Shown here piece after piece: positions 63,881 to 64,000 of a stretch of 64,000 nt of DNA (position 1 is its first letter; each line of letters opens with the position of its first letter). Origin of the DNA: Marsupella aquatica (Eukaryota > Plantae > Marchantiophyta); NCBI GenBank assembly GCA_973895155.1, contig OZ316893.1:2316420-2380419 (forward strand), read 5' to 3'. Both the position numbers and the translations under genes were made by a program. A model generated the notes under the pieces. The model did no database searches, had not been told where the DNA came from, and saw nothing but the letters and a program-made list of their open reading frames with translations.

Positions 63881-64000
63881 CATCATTCAGTGAAAAGACT
63901 CTCTCCAGGAAGCCAAGCACAAGCCTAAAGATAAATTATATTAACGAACTACATATCCTTCGTCAATCCTCACTGTCTAAATGCAACCCAGTTCCTTCCT

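Overview
Eukaryotic, land-plant-type genomic DNA: spliceosomal GT-AG introns, Ty1/copia LTR elements, a Helitron, CYP71-clan P450s and a GH32 vacuolar invertase. A non-seed plant is plausible but not proven. The left half (1-36 kb) is a rearranged, TE-rich block. It holds a complete but decayed copia element (345-bp LTRs, CAAAC TSD), an F-box/kelch pseudogene, and a ~9-kb segmental duplication carrying two ~99%-identical intronless CYP77/89-like P450 genes in inverted orientation. That orientation is explained by a ~12.1-kb inversion (22171-34307) whose breakpoints split a second copia gag gene: the halves rejoin in frame as ...GSKMQ|DHLDEFD. One duplicate copy also carries a 4.0-kb Helitron whose empty site is visible in the other copy. 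The right half (36-64 kb) is gene space: a 7-exon vacuolar invertase with the 9-nt DPN mini-exon, a small conserved plant protein, a 3-exon rhodanese, kelch pseudogenes and a coiled-coil gene start. The standout is a 4-exon, ~1022-aa gene (48114-52323) fusing a degenerate 2H phosphoesterase, TPR-like helices, a CX5R phosphatase, a P-loop polynucleotide-kinase-like domain and an ATP-dependent RNA ligase. This is a single-chain 'Swiss-army-knife' RNA end-healing/sealing architecture unlike the canonical plant tRNA ligase. All alignments and counts were made by eye; no database searches were run.
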